A stretch of 64,000 nt of DNA, from NCBI GenBank assembly GCA_964016885.1, contig OZ024744.1:38502001-38566000 (forward strand), written 5' to 3'. Under the pieces are notes generated by a model, which was not told the origin of the DNA, did not search any database, and saw nothing but the letters and a program-made list of their open reading frames with translations. Below, piece by piece: positions 1 to 12,879 of the stretch. This DNA comes from Eledone cirrhosa. Lineage: Eukaryota. A program made the position numbers and the translations under genes. The first letter of the stretch is position 1, and every line of letters starts with the position of its first letter.

Positions 1-70
1 CCCTCTGCTCTATTTTTCTCTATTGCTAAAGTCTTACTAAACCTAATGGACTCTATTCTAATTGCTCTTT

Positions 71-913
71 TCAGAGCAAACCACCACTTGTTGTTGACGA
101 TGGCCCCGTCAACGCCCGTTTAACTAGTTCGCTAATCCGGTCTCTGTAGGCCTTGCGCGTTGGTAAGGACGCGTTTAGCTTCCAGTGGCCGGGTCCTCGT
201 CTATGAAGCCTATCTAAGTCAAGCACACAGATCACGAATTTGTGGTCCGTGTAGCTGACTATCTTGAATTGTGGACAGCCTATGCTAGACCTATCTATTT
301 CCCTACAAAATACTCTATCTAGATATGATCTGGATGACCCTATGCGATTTGTCCAAGTCCACATTGGTACATTCGTGAAATCCATTCGGTACCTGTCAGA
401 CAGTTCAAAACGTCTGAGCAGGTTGGTGAGACTCTTGCACCCTCCTTCCCTATCTACTAATCCCACACAATCCCAGCGTGCATCTAAGATCCCGTTCCAG
501 TCGCCTACTAACACTAAAGAGCGGGACGTTCCAAGAAAGGTCTCCAGACGCCGGAAGAAATCAGGCCGCCCTGCTCCTGTCGGGGCATAGACGGCCACTA
601 ACCTGAAAGCTTGGCCGTCTCCGCTGGTCACGTCCAGCACCACCAACTTACCTTCTGGGTCCAGGAAGATGGCCCGTATGGCAAGATCCAAACCTCTCCG
701 AAAAAGCACAGCAACTCCTCCCCCCGATCCCGGACGGCTGGGAGATGCGTACACATCGTAGATCGGTGCGAAAGCCTGTGCTTCGGAGATTCTGGTCTCG
801 CTGATGGCCACTACATCTATGTTTAGTGACCTGAGGTCGTTGAGCAGGTGGCCCTGCTTCCATGACGACCCCAAGCCACGCGCATTTATGCTGCCTATTC
901 TGAGTGAGGTCAT
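71..913 (-). pseudogene. ORF2 N-terminal apurinic-like endonuclease (EEP/APE) domain of the Tx1/L1-like element; frameshifted near the 3' end
   Basis: Motifs SINARGL, AISET, VYAP, GDWN, YLDRVF, TDH, GPGHWKLN typical of L1/Tx1 endonucleases. Confidence 0.9.
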
Positions 914-947
914 GTTGAAAAGGAGTGGAAAAGATGGGAAAGACCAC

Positions 948-2945
948 TTACCTTACTTCTCGTAGGGGAAGGACGGTTTTTCCATCCTTTTCACTGCTTG
1001 TGGCCTCCTCAGGAAGGATGTCCTTATAAATCCTCCTGGAGAGTGCTTGTCGGAAGTCTCCGATGTCTTTGGGGAATTTTTGTTTTAGTGTCATGTACGT
1101 TTTCTGTGTGATGCGAGTGATTTGTATGTGTGGAGGTGGTGTGAATTTTGGGGTTGTTGTGTAGTCTTTTTCTGTGATGCTGGTGTTGTGTTGGATGTAG
1201 TGTAATAATTGCTTGTTGTTCAAATTTAATGCTGTGTAGTGTGTATCGTTTTGGTTGTTTTGTTTTGTTTGCGTTTGTTGTGGGTTTGTTTCTGTTTCGC
1301 ATTTTGGTGACTTTTGTGGTGTAGGTGATGGTGGTGTTGGGGTTAATGATGGTAATGGTGTTGGTGTTTGGGTTGATGGGGTTGGTGATGCTGGTGTGGA
1401 TGGTGGCATATCTCTCCTAACTTTTTTGTTTCTTAATTTATTTGTTTCCCTCTATATTTTGTTTTTGGAGGGGGAAGGAAGAGAATTTTTTTCTTTTTTG
1501 GTTTCTTTTTTTTTTTCCGGATATCGTTTCCCACTCCTCGTTGTCACAATCTGTCTCCAGTTGTGATAGGCCGGGGAGTGGAAAATCCTCCACAGCCGTT
1601 AGTTTTGGTTGGGGCGTGGTGGATGGTGTAGGCGCTGGTGCTAGTTCTGAAGCGTTGGGTGGTGGTGGCGTTGGTTTTGCTGGTGGTGGTGGTGGTGTTG
1701 GTTTTGCTACTGTTGCTGGGGTTGTTGCTGTTATAGTTGCTTCTGTTGTTGCTGCTACAGTTGTTGCTGCCATCTCTGCTACTGGTGGTGTTGATGGTTG
1801 TGTCACTGGGGTGGGTAGGAGAGGTGGCCTCAACCTTTAAGCCTGAGGGCAGAAAGCCCTTAGGTGGGTTCCTTCACCACAAACGACACACCTAGGTCTT
1901 CTGCCCTCGACAATTACCGTGAGGTGGCTGCCGTCAGTGAGGTCTATTACCTCTGGGATCTCCTCAATGCTTTTTTGGTCCGCTTGGATCAGGAGCTCCA
2001 TCCCAGATCCGGACCAGTTCTCCTGCTTTTCTTTTGCTATTGCTATTATTTTCGTGTTGGCTTCGATGCCGGCGAGGACAGCCGCTATTAGCCAGGGAAT
2101 TTCGATGGCCGGTGGAACGTGGGTCACCCTGATCTTTACGAGTCTCTGGCCACAATAGCTTGTGACGAGTGTGATGTCGTCACTTCTTAATGGGGCCATG
2201 GAGTGTTCTCTAGCCTCCTCTGGTGTTTCAAAGAACACGTCCACGGTTCCATACTTTTGCCCACGTCTGATGTGGGTTTTTCTTGCCCACACATGTCACA
2301 AAGCTTTTTGGATTTGGGACTCGGATGCCCATTCCACTCGGCGCGATTTTGCATTTATTGTTCTATACGACACGGTGCATAGGGGCCGATGCTCCATTTT
2401 ATTAGGTGGGGGGTGAGGCTGACCCTGTACCCATCTTTCTTTACCATTTGTTTGGCATTTTCTAAATCCTCCTGAGTTACCGTAAATGCTTCGAACTGTT
2501 TTGCTACTCTGGCGAAACTGAGGGGGGGGGGGGGTTATAATGTCATTGTTGTTGTTGTTGCTATCGTTAATATTAATTTTAGTTTCAGTTGTGGTGGTGG
2601 TGACGTCAGTCGTCTTTGGTGGGGAAGAGTCCATTTTGCTTGATTTCATTTCGACATCACGAGTTAATTTTTTTTTTCTTCTTTTGTTTCTGTTGTCGCG
2701 GTGATGGTGGTGGTGGTGGTTGTCGCGGTGGTGGTGGTGGTGGTGGCTTTAACACCTGCAGTCATTGGTAATGGCGGGAAATGAATGTCTGCCTGAGACA
2801 AATTTAAAATATTGCTAGTGCTTATATTTTTTTTTGTGTTGGCAAACGTAGTAACATTTACAATGGTAGTGTCGGTGTGAGGTGTTAATTTGTGAGGAAG
2901 TCTTTCAGCTGCTTCGTGCAGAGGTGAATTAGCCATTTTTTTCAA
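948..2945 (-). pseudogene. ORF1 (gag-like) of the Tx1/L1-like element, interrupted
   Basis: ORFs 2296-2649, 1837-2292 and 1438-1833 share one frame separated by single stops; CVVCGEGTHLRAFC zinc knuckle; Pro/Thr-rich linkers; frameshifts at T homopolymers; ends 34 nt before the ORF2 ATG. Confidence 0.7.
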
Positions 2946-3144
2946 AGAAAATTTTTTGATAATAATAAAAGTTTAAATTTTGGGCACAAGGCCTTAATCT
3001 TTTTGGGTGTCCTTTTCGGAAAACAATGTATGTGCGCTTATAAGCAGTTAACAATAAAATTTTCCATAAATGACAATTTTTAACAAACGGAAATAACAAA
3101 CCTTTGCGGAGCTCACGATGATACGATTTACTACGTAGGTCGGC

Positions 3145-3208
<64 letters not shown>

Positions 3209-3213
3209 GTAAT
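3145..3213. repeat. (AAT)n microsatellite / LINE tail and target
   Basis: Direct sequence; separates two same-orientation Tx1-like elements. Confidence 0.95.
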
Positions 3214-5852
3214 GATTTCTTTATTGGCCACAAGGGCTGACATCAAGAAAAACATCTCAGACGGAACAGGGCGGTACGATGTGGGTTTTGTGCGTGTAAA
3301 TATTTTTATTATTTATATAAGAAAAGAAAAAAGACATAAAACATATATATATATAAACAATAAAATGAAAATTGAAACAATGAAAAATCCCCCAATAGGG
3401 GGGAAACCTCCGAGGGTTACTCGTGGCGAAAACCACACAAAAGACCCCGGCCACCCTGACTACCAGGGCAAGCGCCCTCTCTCAATTTTTCCATCTCTTA
3501 AACTACAGACGTATATTCAGAGTGGTCTCGTTCACCCACCTTTCAACAAACTTGCTAGAAAGCAGCACTTGCCTCTCCACCCTGATTTTCCTCTTCAAGT
3601 GAAACTTGAAAAAGTTAATCAGGGATTCGCCGAAGAGTAAAGTGTTTGTCTTTAATCCTTTTAACCTTGTCCACCACACAATCTCTTTCGCCATGGCCAC
3701 CAGGCAGACGAAAACTGCCTGCCCTTCCTCCTCAAAGGAAGACGGCGAGACCATCTGCACAATGGACTCAGTCGACTACCGGATCAGTCCCACACGTGAC
3801 AGCAACTGTTCGACATAGCTCCACAAGTCAGCAATGCTCGGGCGCTGAACGAGAGTGTGCACAACGGTTTCCTCGCTATGCGCGCATCTCGGACAGGCTC
3901 GGCTGACGGCACTTCCGTGCCTGTAGAGCTTATCTCGAACCGGCAGCGCTCCCCGGTAGCACTGCCAGGCCAGGGATTTTTGGAAGTTATCCATAGGTCC
4001 CGGGCTGAAAGTTCTCCGGAAGAGAGCAAGCAGCTGATCTTCTTCGACGCCCAGGAACTCTCCGAGAACGTCGTCGCTCTTCCTCTCCACTAGTCCTCTA
4101 TAGAACGCCGAGGTGGATGTTCCACCGATACTGGTTCCCAACTGGGAGAGGGCAGTGAGCGCCTGGAGACATTCCAGTTTCCAAGCGCTATCCCTCGGTC
4201 TTTTTCTGACCCAGGACTGCAGCTCCGTCAAGGAGACGAGCTGTGGTAAAATGTGCCTGGCGAACGGCGACCACACCCGTTCACCATCAAGGAAGCACCA
4301 GAGATGTCGCAGCCTCAGCGCATCATCAGCCATGGTATGCCCAGTCCTCCATGCAAAGGGTGTTGACAGCAGATGGATCGTCTGACCATGGGAGCGCGTC
4401 CCTTCCACAAAAAGCGGAAGAGGAGGCGCTCCATTTTGGTGAGAGTTGGGCTGGAGCAAGGGACGACGGTGAGGCGGTAGCAGATGACGGATGCGATGTA
4501 CGCATTCGCCACTTCCGCCCGGCCTTTTAGGGACAGCTTCTTCTCAGCCCATTTCTGGGTGAGGGAGGCCACCCTGCTCGTCACCTCGTTCCAGTTTTTC
4601 TCCATCTGGAGGTCCGGTCCGAACCAGAGTCCGAGCAATTTAACCGGTCCGTCCGTCCAACACCCCACGACGCTGTCGGACGGCATGGACTTGCCTCTCC
4701 AGGTGCCTAGCTGCAAGCCCACCGACTTTTCCTGGTTTATCTTTGCTCCTGTCACCGTTTCGTATTCCTTGAGAACGGTGCCGAGCATCTGGACATGTCT
4801 GGTGCTCGACACCACCACGGTGACGTCGTCAGCGTAAGCCGACTCGGATTTCCCGCATCCTAGTTCGCGTGGGACGCCCCTCATCGCCCCCAGTTTGTGC
4901 AGTAACGGCTCGAGAGCCAATACGTACAAGAGGCACGAGAGGGGACAACCCTGGCGGACTGAGCGCATGATGCCGAACGGCTGCGACAGGTGACCGTTCA
5001 CCCTCACAACTGACCAGATGTCGCTGTACATCGCAGCGATCCAACCCCTGAAAACGGGCCCGAAACCGACTGCCTCGAGGACCGACGCCAGGTACAGATG
5101 GTCGACCCTATCGAATGCTTTGGATTGATCCAAGTTGATTAGGGCCCACCCTTGCCAGGTTCCTTAACCACCCTCTCTATGATGTATCGCATGAGGTGGA
5201 GGTTGTCGTGTATGGATCTGTCAGGGATGGCGCATGTCTGCGCCTCTCCCACCAGACCCTTGACGACAAGCGCCAACCTTGTTGCTAACACCTTGGCCAA
5301 AATCTTGAACTCTGCGTCTAGCAGAGTTATGGCCCTGAAATTATCAATAACATCCCCCTTCTTCGGGTCTTTTCTCAGCAGCGCCACTGCTCCCCGGCTC
5401 ACAAAACTGGGAATGCTCCCGTTCTGCTGCCAGTTGCAGTAGATGTCTGCCAAGAGGTCACCGAACAAGTCTGGCATAAATGCATAAAGCTCGTAGGGCA
5501 GACCATCTGAACCTGGCGATTTACCTCTTGTGCAGTTAGCCATCGCTTCCCGTATTTCACCGGCTGTTATTGGCTTTTCGCAACACTGTGCTGCGGTCGT
5601 CGAGAGCCGAGGCAGTCCGTCGAGGTATGCACTGAAGTCCATGTCCCGATCCGGGCCGCCGCCGCTCCCGAACAGTTCAGCAAAGTGCTGCTGAAAAGCT
5701 TCACACATCCGCTCGGGTTCGAGCATCACGCACCCGTTTTGGTCAGACAAAGACCGAATTGTGGCTTTATTGCCACGTCGCACCTCTTCCACCCGGGCCC
5801 ATTGGACGGCTTTTGTCCCCTCGTAATTCAGAGCACGCGCTCTAGCTCTGAC
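3214..5852 (-). mobile_element. 5'-truncated Tx1/L1-like LINE: RT, C-terminal Cys-rich region, 3'UTR
   Basis: KSPGSDGLPYE, KAFDRVDH, VRQGCPLS, YADD, HGGLG and CPRC...H motifs in frameshifted ORFs; ends AATAAAGAAATC-(ATT)n. Confidence 0.92.
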
Positions 5853-5873
5853 AATAATAATAATAATAATAAT

Positions 5874-8254
5874 ATACATGCCCCATGGATAGAAAGACAA
5901 ATGAAAGATACAGCTCACCTTGAGGTACAAACATGGGAAAATATAACAGTTGAACAGTTGCGTTTGGCTCTTAGAAAAACCAGCAAATAGAAATCCTCAG
6001 GAAAAGACAAATGCCAAATTTTTGGATAAATGCCTTCACAGAGTCTCATGAGCTGTTAGCCCAACTTTACAATGAAATAGTTAAGGAGCCAGAAAAGATA
6101 CCATCATGGCTAGTTAACGGCATTACATTCCTACTTCCGAAGAATGATGAGACAAACAATCCTAAACATTACAGACCGATAACTTGCTTGACCACAATGT
6201 ATAAAATTTTAACATCAGTCCTAACTGAATATACATATGACCACCTGATAACAAATGACCTATTTCCCATTGAGCAGAAATGGTGTAAACGATGTAAAGA
6301 TCAGCATTTGGTTAACAAAATGATACTGGAAGATTGTCATAATAGACACAAAAATCTATCAATTGCTTGGATAGATTATAAAAAAGAATTCGATAGTTTG
6401 CCACACAGTTGGATTGAAAAATATTTAGAGATATCTTCCGTTGTCAGGAGGTTCCTGTCATTCAGTATGAAGACATGGAAAACGACACTCCTTTTGAATA
6501 GTGAAAAAAAATTCACTGAAATCTGGAAAAGTTAATATTAATTGTGGAATTTTTCAGGGTGACTCTTTATCATCGCTTTTATTCTGCATCGCACTTATAC
6601 CATTAAGTAAAATGCTCAATGAAACAAAACATGGATATAAAGTCTATGACAAAACCATTAATCACTTGTTCTACATGGATGACCTGAAACTATTTGCAAA
6701 AAATGATGAACAATTGCAAGGGCTATTATCCACCGTGGAGCAGTTCAGTGATGACATTAAAATGGAGTTTGGACTAGATAAATGCGCCAAAGCAACGTTC
6801 ACCAGAGGAAAGCTGCTGAAGAGTTCAGACATTAATCTTGATCGGAGGAATGTGATAAGAGAACTTGATCAAGAGGAAACTTACAAATATCTAGGTGTTT
6901 GTGAAGGAGACGGAATCAAGCACTCGACAATGAGGGAAAGGATAAGGAAGGAATGTTACCGCAGAGTAAGAGCAATCTTAAGAACGGAATTGAATGCAAG
7001 GAATAGGATCGATGCCATAAACACGCTTGCCATACCAGTAGTAACCTACAGTTACAATGTCATGAACTGGTCAAGCACAGAGATCCGTAGGCTCGATACA
7101 AAAATTCGAAAATTCTTAACCATGCACAGAATGAATCACCCTAAGGCAGATACAGATAGAATATATCTCCCTAGGAAAGAAGGAGGACGTGGGTTAATCC
7201 AGTTAGAGATTGCGTTGAAACCTACAACAATTGGATTATCTACATATCTAAGGGAATCACATGATTGGATGATCAAACTCGTTTTGAAACACGAAAGCAT
7301 CAAAAGATCATACTCCATTACAAAAGATGCACAAAGATACAGTAATGGACTTCAAATCTCAGAAGTTCCATATACTGCTGAAATGAAAAATACAGAAAAA
7401 ACAAAGCAGGTAAAAGTAACTGCAAAGAAAGAACTGCTACAGAAACTGCCTAAGAAATGGCAAGAAAAGCTTCTGTATGGATAATACCCAGAAAGCTAAC
7501 AATCCTGATGTTGACAAAACTGTAACCCATCAGTAGTTGACATCCTCTGGACTGAAATCGGAGACTGAAGGACTGATTATATCAGCACAAGATCAGTGTC
7601 TGCCAACAAAATATTACCAAGCCAACATATTGTGACAGAGCTGCACAATACATTCATTGGATAATGTGTAAGCATTTTGACCTGCCCCATCAAAAGAATT
7701 GGTGGGAGCATCAACCACATCCCATACTTGAAAAAGATCACATCTCAATCTTGTGGAATTTTAGCATCCAAACAGACCGAAAAATAGATGCAAATAGACC
7801 TGATATAATATTGAAGGACTTTAAAAAGAGGGTATGCCTGCTAATTGAAATGTCCGTTCCAATAGACAAGAATGTATCTATAAAAACATCTGAAAAATTG
7901 AGCAAGTATAAGGACCTGGAGATAGAAATTGGAAAAATGTGGAAATTGAGAACTAAAACAATACCAGTGGTTGTAGGCGCTCTGGGAATGATACCTAAGG
8001 GGTCTAATGATTACTTATCGCAAATCCCAGGAAACCCGCGTATAGGAAAAATACAAAAGATAATGCTAATGGGAACTGCCCATATACTAAGGAAGATTCT
8101 GTCAATATAAGTATATCACAAGTCTAAACACTAAAGATGCATGTGTGAGTATGTATGTTCTTTCTTGAACATGGCGGACCTTGTTGTCTCTTGAGGTCAC
8201 TGGTTGTGACTTGGTGATAACTCGTATGAACATAGAGCAAGATAAATGCAACTG
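5874..8254 (+). mobile_element. Dong/R4-like RT-RLE non-LTR retrotransposon (family D1), 5'-truncated, degenerate
   Basis: YRPITCL, GIFQGDSLS, FYMDDLK, EGGRGL, RPDIIL...EKLSKYKDL restriction-like endonuclease; flanked on both sides by (TAA)n; the CCHC region present in other D1 copies is deleted near 7632. Confidence 0.9.
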
Positions 8255-8273
8255 TAATAATAATAATAATAAC

Positions 8274-8334
<61 letters not shown>

Positions 8335-8335
8335 T
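8255..8335. repeat. (TAA)n microsatellite
   Basis: Direct sequence. Confidence 0.95.
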
Positions 8336-8344
8336 TAAAAATAT

Positions 8345-8672
8345 ATTCGACACGAGAGTGCAAGAGAAGGAGAGGGAGAAAATTAACCGATACCAGGACT
8401 TAAAGTGGGAGGTAAAAAGGATTTGGAACTGCCATGAAGTCAAAGTGGTCCCGATTGTCATAGGCGCACTAGGGACTATCTCAAAAAGTTTCCAGGGATG
8501 GTTAAAGAAAATTGACCCCGCCACGCTTTTTGGAACGCTTCAAAAAACATGCTTGCTGGGAACAGCAAGGACCCTCCGATACGTCCAGAATATCTGAGGC
8601 TGCAGGTAGTGGCTTGATATTCATTTCAACAAACTTTCCAGTTAACTAACATCAATGACTGAGACTCAAAGA
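8345..8672 (+). mobile_element. Dong/R4-like family D2, 3' fragment (RLE C-terminus + 3'UTR)
   Basis: FDTRVQEKEREKINRYQDL...VPIVIGALG; near-identical to 9795-10132 and 53952-54280; ends in TAA repeats. Confidence 0.85.
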
Positions 8673-8696
8673 ACAATAAAAATAATAATAATAAAT

Positions 8697-9737
8697 ATTT
8701 CTTTATTCGCCACAAGGGCTGACATCAAGAAAAACATTACAGACGGCACAGGACGGTACAGGACGGTACGATGTGCGTTTTGTGCGTGTAAATATTGTTA
8801 TTATTTATATAAGAAAAGAAAAAAAGACATAGAAACATATATATAAAAACAATAAAAATGAAAATTGAAACAATGAAAAATTCCCTGACCACCAGAGCAA
8901 GCGCCCTCTCTCAATTTTTCCATCACTCAAACTACAGACGTATATTCAGAGGACCCTTCTCGCTACATTCACCCACCTTTCAACAAACTTGCTAGAAGGC
9001 AGCACTTGTCTCTCCACCCTGATTTTCCTCTTCAAGTGAAACTTGAAAAAGTTAATTAGGGATTCGCCGAAGAGGAAAGTGTCTGTCTTTAACCCTTTCA
9101 ACCTTGTCCACCACACAATCTCTTTCGCCATGGCCACCAAGCAGATGAAAACCGCCTGCCCTTCCTCCTCGAATGAAGACGGCGAGACCATCTGCACAAT
9201 GGACTCAGTCGATAACCGGATCCGTCCTACACGTGACAGCAACTGTTCGACATAGCTCCACAAGTCAGCAATGCTCGGGCACTAATGAGTGCGTGCACGA
9301 CGGTTTCGTTGCTCTACGCGCATCTCAGACAGGCTCGGCTGACGGCACTTCCGTGCCTGTAGAGCTTATCTCGAACCGGCAGCGCTCCCCGGTAGCACTG
9401 CCAGGCCAGGGATTTTTGGAAGTTATCCATAGGCCCTGGGCTGAAAGTTCACCGGAAGAGAACAAACAGCTGATCTTCGACGCCCAGGAATTCTCCGAGA
9501 ACGTTGTCGCTCTTCCCCTCCACTAGTTCTCTATAGAACGCCGAGGTGGATGTTCCATCGATACTGGTGCCCAGCTGGCAGAGGGCAGTGAGCGCCTGGA
9601 GACATTCCAGTTTCCAAGCGCTGTCCCTTGATCTTTTTCTGACCCAGGACTGCATCTCCGTCAAGGAGATGAGCTGTGGGAAAAGGTGCCTGGCGAACGG
9701 CGACCACACCTGTTCAACGTCAAGGAAGCACCAGAGA
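8697..9737 (-). mobile_element. Tx1/L1-like LINE 3' fragment
   Basis: Closely similar to 3214-4310; same 3' end; bounded by AAT repeats. Confidence 0.88.
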
Positions 9738-9751
9738 TGATAATAATAATT

Positions 9752-10132
9752 ACAAGGAAAAATGATCGTGCCTGATTGTGGATGTGGCCTGCCTATTCGA
9801 CACGAGAGTGCAAGAGAAGGAGAGGGAGAAAATTAACCGATACCAGGACTTAAAGTGGGAGGTAAAAAGGATTTGGAACTGCCATGAAGTCAAAGTGATT
9901 TGGAACTGCCATGATTGTCATAGGCGCACTAGGTACTATCTCAAAGAGTTTCCAAGGATGGTTAAAGAAAATTGGCCCCGCCCCGCTTTTTGGAACACTT
10001 CAAAAGGCATGCTTGCTAGGAACAGCAAGAACCCTCCGATACGTCCTGAATATCTGAGGCTGCAGGTAGTGGCTTGATATTCATTTCAACAAACTTTCCA
10101 GTTAACTAACATCAATGACTGAGACTCAAAGA
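9752..10132 (+). mobile_element. Dong/R4-like family D2, 3' fragment
   Basis: DVACLFDTRVQEKERE; same 3'UTR as 8597-8672; small internal duplication of GATTTGGAACTGCCATGA. Confidence 0.85.
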
Positions 10133-10150
10133 ACAATAATAATAATAATA

Positions 10151-12862
10151 AAAACGAGAGGAAACAACACACAAGAAAGATCAGAACCTTGGTGGAAGAA
10201 ACGACCGAATGGTCAAATCAAGGAAATGAGAAAAGACATTGGAAAGCTTGAATCCCTACTGAATGGGACATTACAAAACATAGACACTAAAAATAGTTTG
10301 GAAATAAAGTACAAAATTAGGGGGGAAAAGCTAAATATTTTCATAGAGGAAGTGAAGCAACGCATTGTAGCAAAAAGTGCAAAGATTAGGCGGTATGAGA
10401 GCAGAGTCAGTCAGTATAGACAGAACCGCATGTTTGACAACAACCAGAAGATGCTGTTTGGACAGCTTGAAGGGAAAGAAAGAGGCAACGACTTGATCCC
10501 TGAGGCGGAACAGACTAAGACATTCTGGAAAGGAATATGGGAGCAGGATGTTGAACATAATAGTCAGGCAGTGTGGATTGAGACTGTTCAAAAGGAGATT
10601 AGTGAACAAGCACACCAACAACCTGTTTTTAGTATCACAGCTGAAACTCTTAAAAAACAGGCCAAAAAACTAACCAACTGGAAATCACCTGGCCCAGATG
10701 GTGTGCAGGCGTATTGGATAAAAAATATAACATCCCTCCACCCGAAACTTACAACCATGTTCAATGACTGCTTGATGTCAGGTGAGGTACCAGAGTGGTT
10801 GACAAAAGGTACCACAGTTCTGATAATGAAAGACCGAATCAAGGGTAATGATGTTACCAACTATAGACCTATCACATGTCTGTCCGTAATGTGGAAACTG
10901 TTGACAAGCATTATGTCTGAGGAAATCTACCATCACCTCCACATAAACAACTTGTTACCGGACGAACAGAAAGGATGCCGAAAGAAGTCCCGTGATACAA
11001 AGGACCAGTTACTTATTGATAAGATGGTAATGAGGAATTGCAAGAGGAGGCACACTGGTCATGCCATGGGATGGATAGATTACAAAAAGACATTCGACAT
11101 GGTACCTTATTCTTGGATAACCAAAAGCCTAGAGATCTTCAAGGTGGCAAACGACATCAGACAGCCATTAAGTAAAATTATGAAGTCCTGGGAAACAGAG
11201 CTAACATCAAGTAGAGAATCCTTGGGAGAAGTGAAGATCAAGAGAGGTATCTTCCAGGGAGATTAGTTTGTCCCCTTTGTTGTTTGTCCTTACCCTCATT
11301 CCCTCATCTCTCATATTGCGAAATGTGAAAGCAGGATACAAGCTGGGAAGAGGAAAGCTTACCATCAACCACCTCCTCTTCATAGACGATCTTAAACTCT
11401 TCGCGAAAAGCAGAAAGGAGTTGGATGTACTTGTTAACACTGTCCGTATTTTCAGCAAAGATGAATGGAATTGGGTGTTAATAAGCGTGGAGTCCTAGTG
11501 ATTGAACAGAATAATTGGATGTTAATAAACATGGAGTCCTAGTGATTGAACAGAAGCAATGGAATCCAGGCACCAACTGGTGAGATGATGAAGGAAATCG
11601 ACACTGACGAGGGCTGAAGTATTTGGGTATTCTGGAAGCAGATGACATCAATAACAATAAAATGAAGGAATTGATAAGATCTAAATACAGAAGGAGAGTA
11701 AAGAACATACTAAAATCACATCTAAATAGTAGGAATATCATAAGTGCAGTAAATTCTCGAGCTTTGTCTATTATTATTTACAGTGCAGGAATTCTGAAAT
11801 GGAATGTTACTGAACAAAAAGAAGTCGATAGAAAGACTAAAAAGTTAATGACTGCCTATAGCATCTACCTAAGGAGATCTGAAGGTGGAAGAGGTCTCCT
11901 CGGCATAGATGACTATGTTCAGATGGAGAAGAGCAGTCTGCACAAATATGCGTCTGAGAGTAGGGAGCCAATGCTCAAAGTTTATATTGAAGGAGAAGAC
12001 AATAGACCAGAGGATGTCCAAGGAGAAAGTAACAACAAAGAGGGAGAGCAACTTTCATGAAAAATCCCTTCATAGCACCTTTTTCTAGAAAACGGAATTC
12101 AGAGATCCACAGACATGAAACTGGTTAAAAAGAGGAGACTTTAAAAAAGCTACAGAAGGAATACTAATGGCTGCACAAGAACAGGCCCTCAGAACGAAGT
12201 GGGTGAAACACTATATTGACAGGGAGGAGGCTAGCTCACTGTGTAGGATCTGTGGAGAGAGAGAGAGAGGAGACTGTGGCTCACATTGTATCCGAGTGTA
12301 AACACCTAGCCCAGACTCACTATAAAGGCTGGAGACATGATGTGATAGGAAAGGTGACTCACTGGTATTTATACAAACTAAATAACTTACCACATTCTGA
12401 GAAGTGGTATGAGCATAAGCCAGAATCGGTGATAGAAAACGATCAGGTCAAGGTGCGATGGGATTTCAGGATACAGACAGACAAGAAATTAAAACACATT
12501 AGTCCTGACCTGGTGGTTTTTGACAAGGAAAAAAGATCATGCCTATTTACAGATGTAGCCTGCCCCTTTGACACAAGCCTGTAAGAAAAGGAGAAGGAGA
12601 AAGGTAACCGATACCAGGTTTAAAGTGGGAATGAAAAAGGATTTGGGATTGTCATAGGAGCACTTGGTACTATCTCAAGGAGTTTTCAGGGATAGTTAAA
12701 GAACATTAGTCCATCCCCCTTTTTTGGAACACTCCAAAAGGCATGCTTGCTGGGAATAGCAAGAACCCTCCGATACGTCCTGAATATTTGAGGCTGCAGG
12801 TAGTGGCTTGATGTTCATTTGGGCAAACTTTCCAGTTAAATAACATCAATGACTGAGACTCC
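10151..12862 (+). mobile_element. Dong/R4-like family D2, long degenerate RT-CCHC-RLE copy
   Basis: WKSPGPDG, YRPITCL, GIFQGD, FIDDLK, EGGRGL, zinc-knuckle remnant ETVAHIVSEC, PDLVV; stops and frameshifts; ~44-bp tandem duplication at 11476-11555. Confidence 0.9.
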
Positions 12863-12879
12863 AATAAAACAAAAATGAT

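Larger units (their letters stand above)
1..3143 (-). mobile_element. Tx1/L1-like non-LTR retrotransposon, 5' part (5'UTR, ORF1, start of ORF2); runs off the window
   Basis: ORF1 remnants with a CCHC knuckle, then an APE endonuclease ORF; the 5' end abuts the (ATT)n tract at 3145. Confidence 0.85.

Noticed and set aside
948-1840. Mucin- or extensin-like Pro/Thr-rich ORFs and their Gly/Val-rich antisense ORFs
   Set aside because: They lie in frame within retrotransposon ORF1, between the CCHC knuckle and ORF2
8181-8597. Poly-Asn ORF fused to an endonuclease fragment
   Set aside because: Chance read-through from the D1 3'UTR across (AAT)n into a D2 fragment
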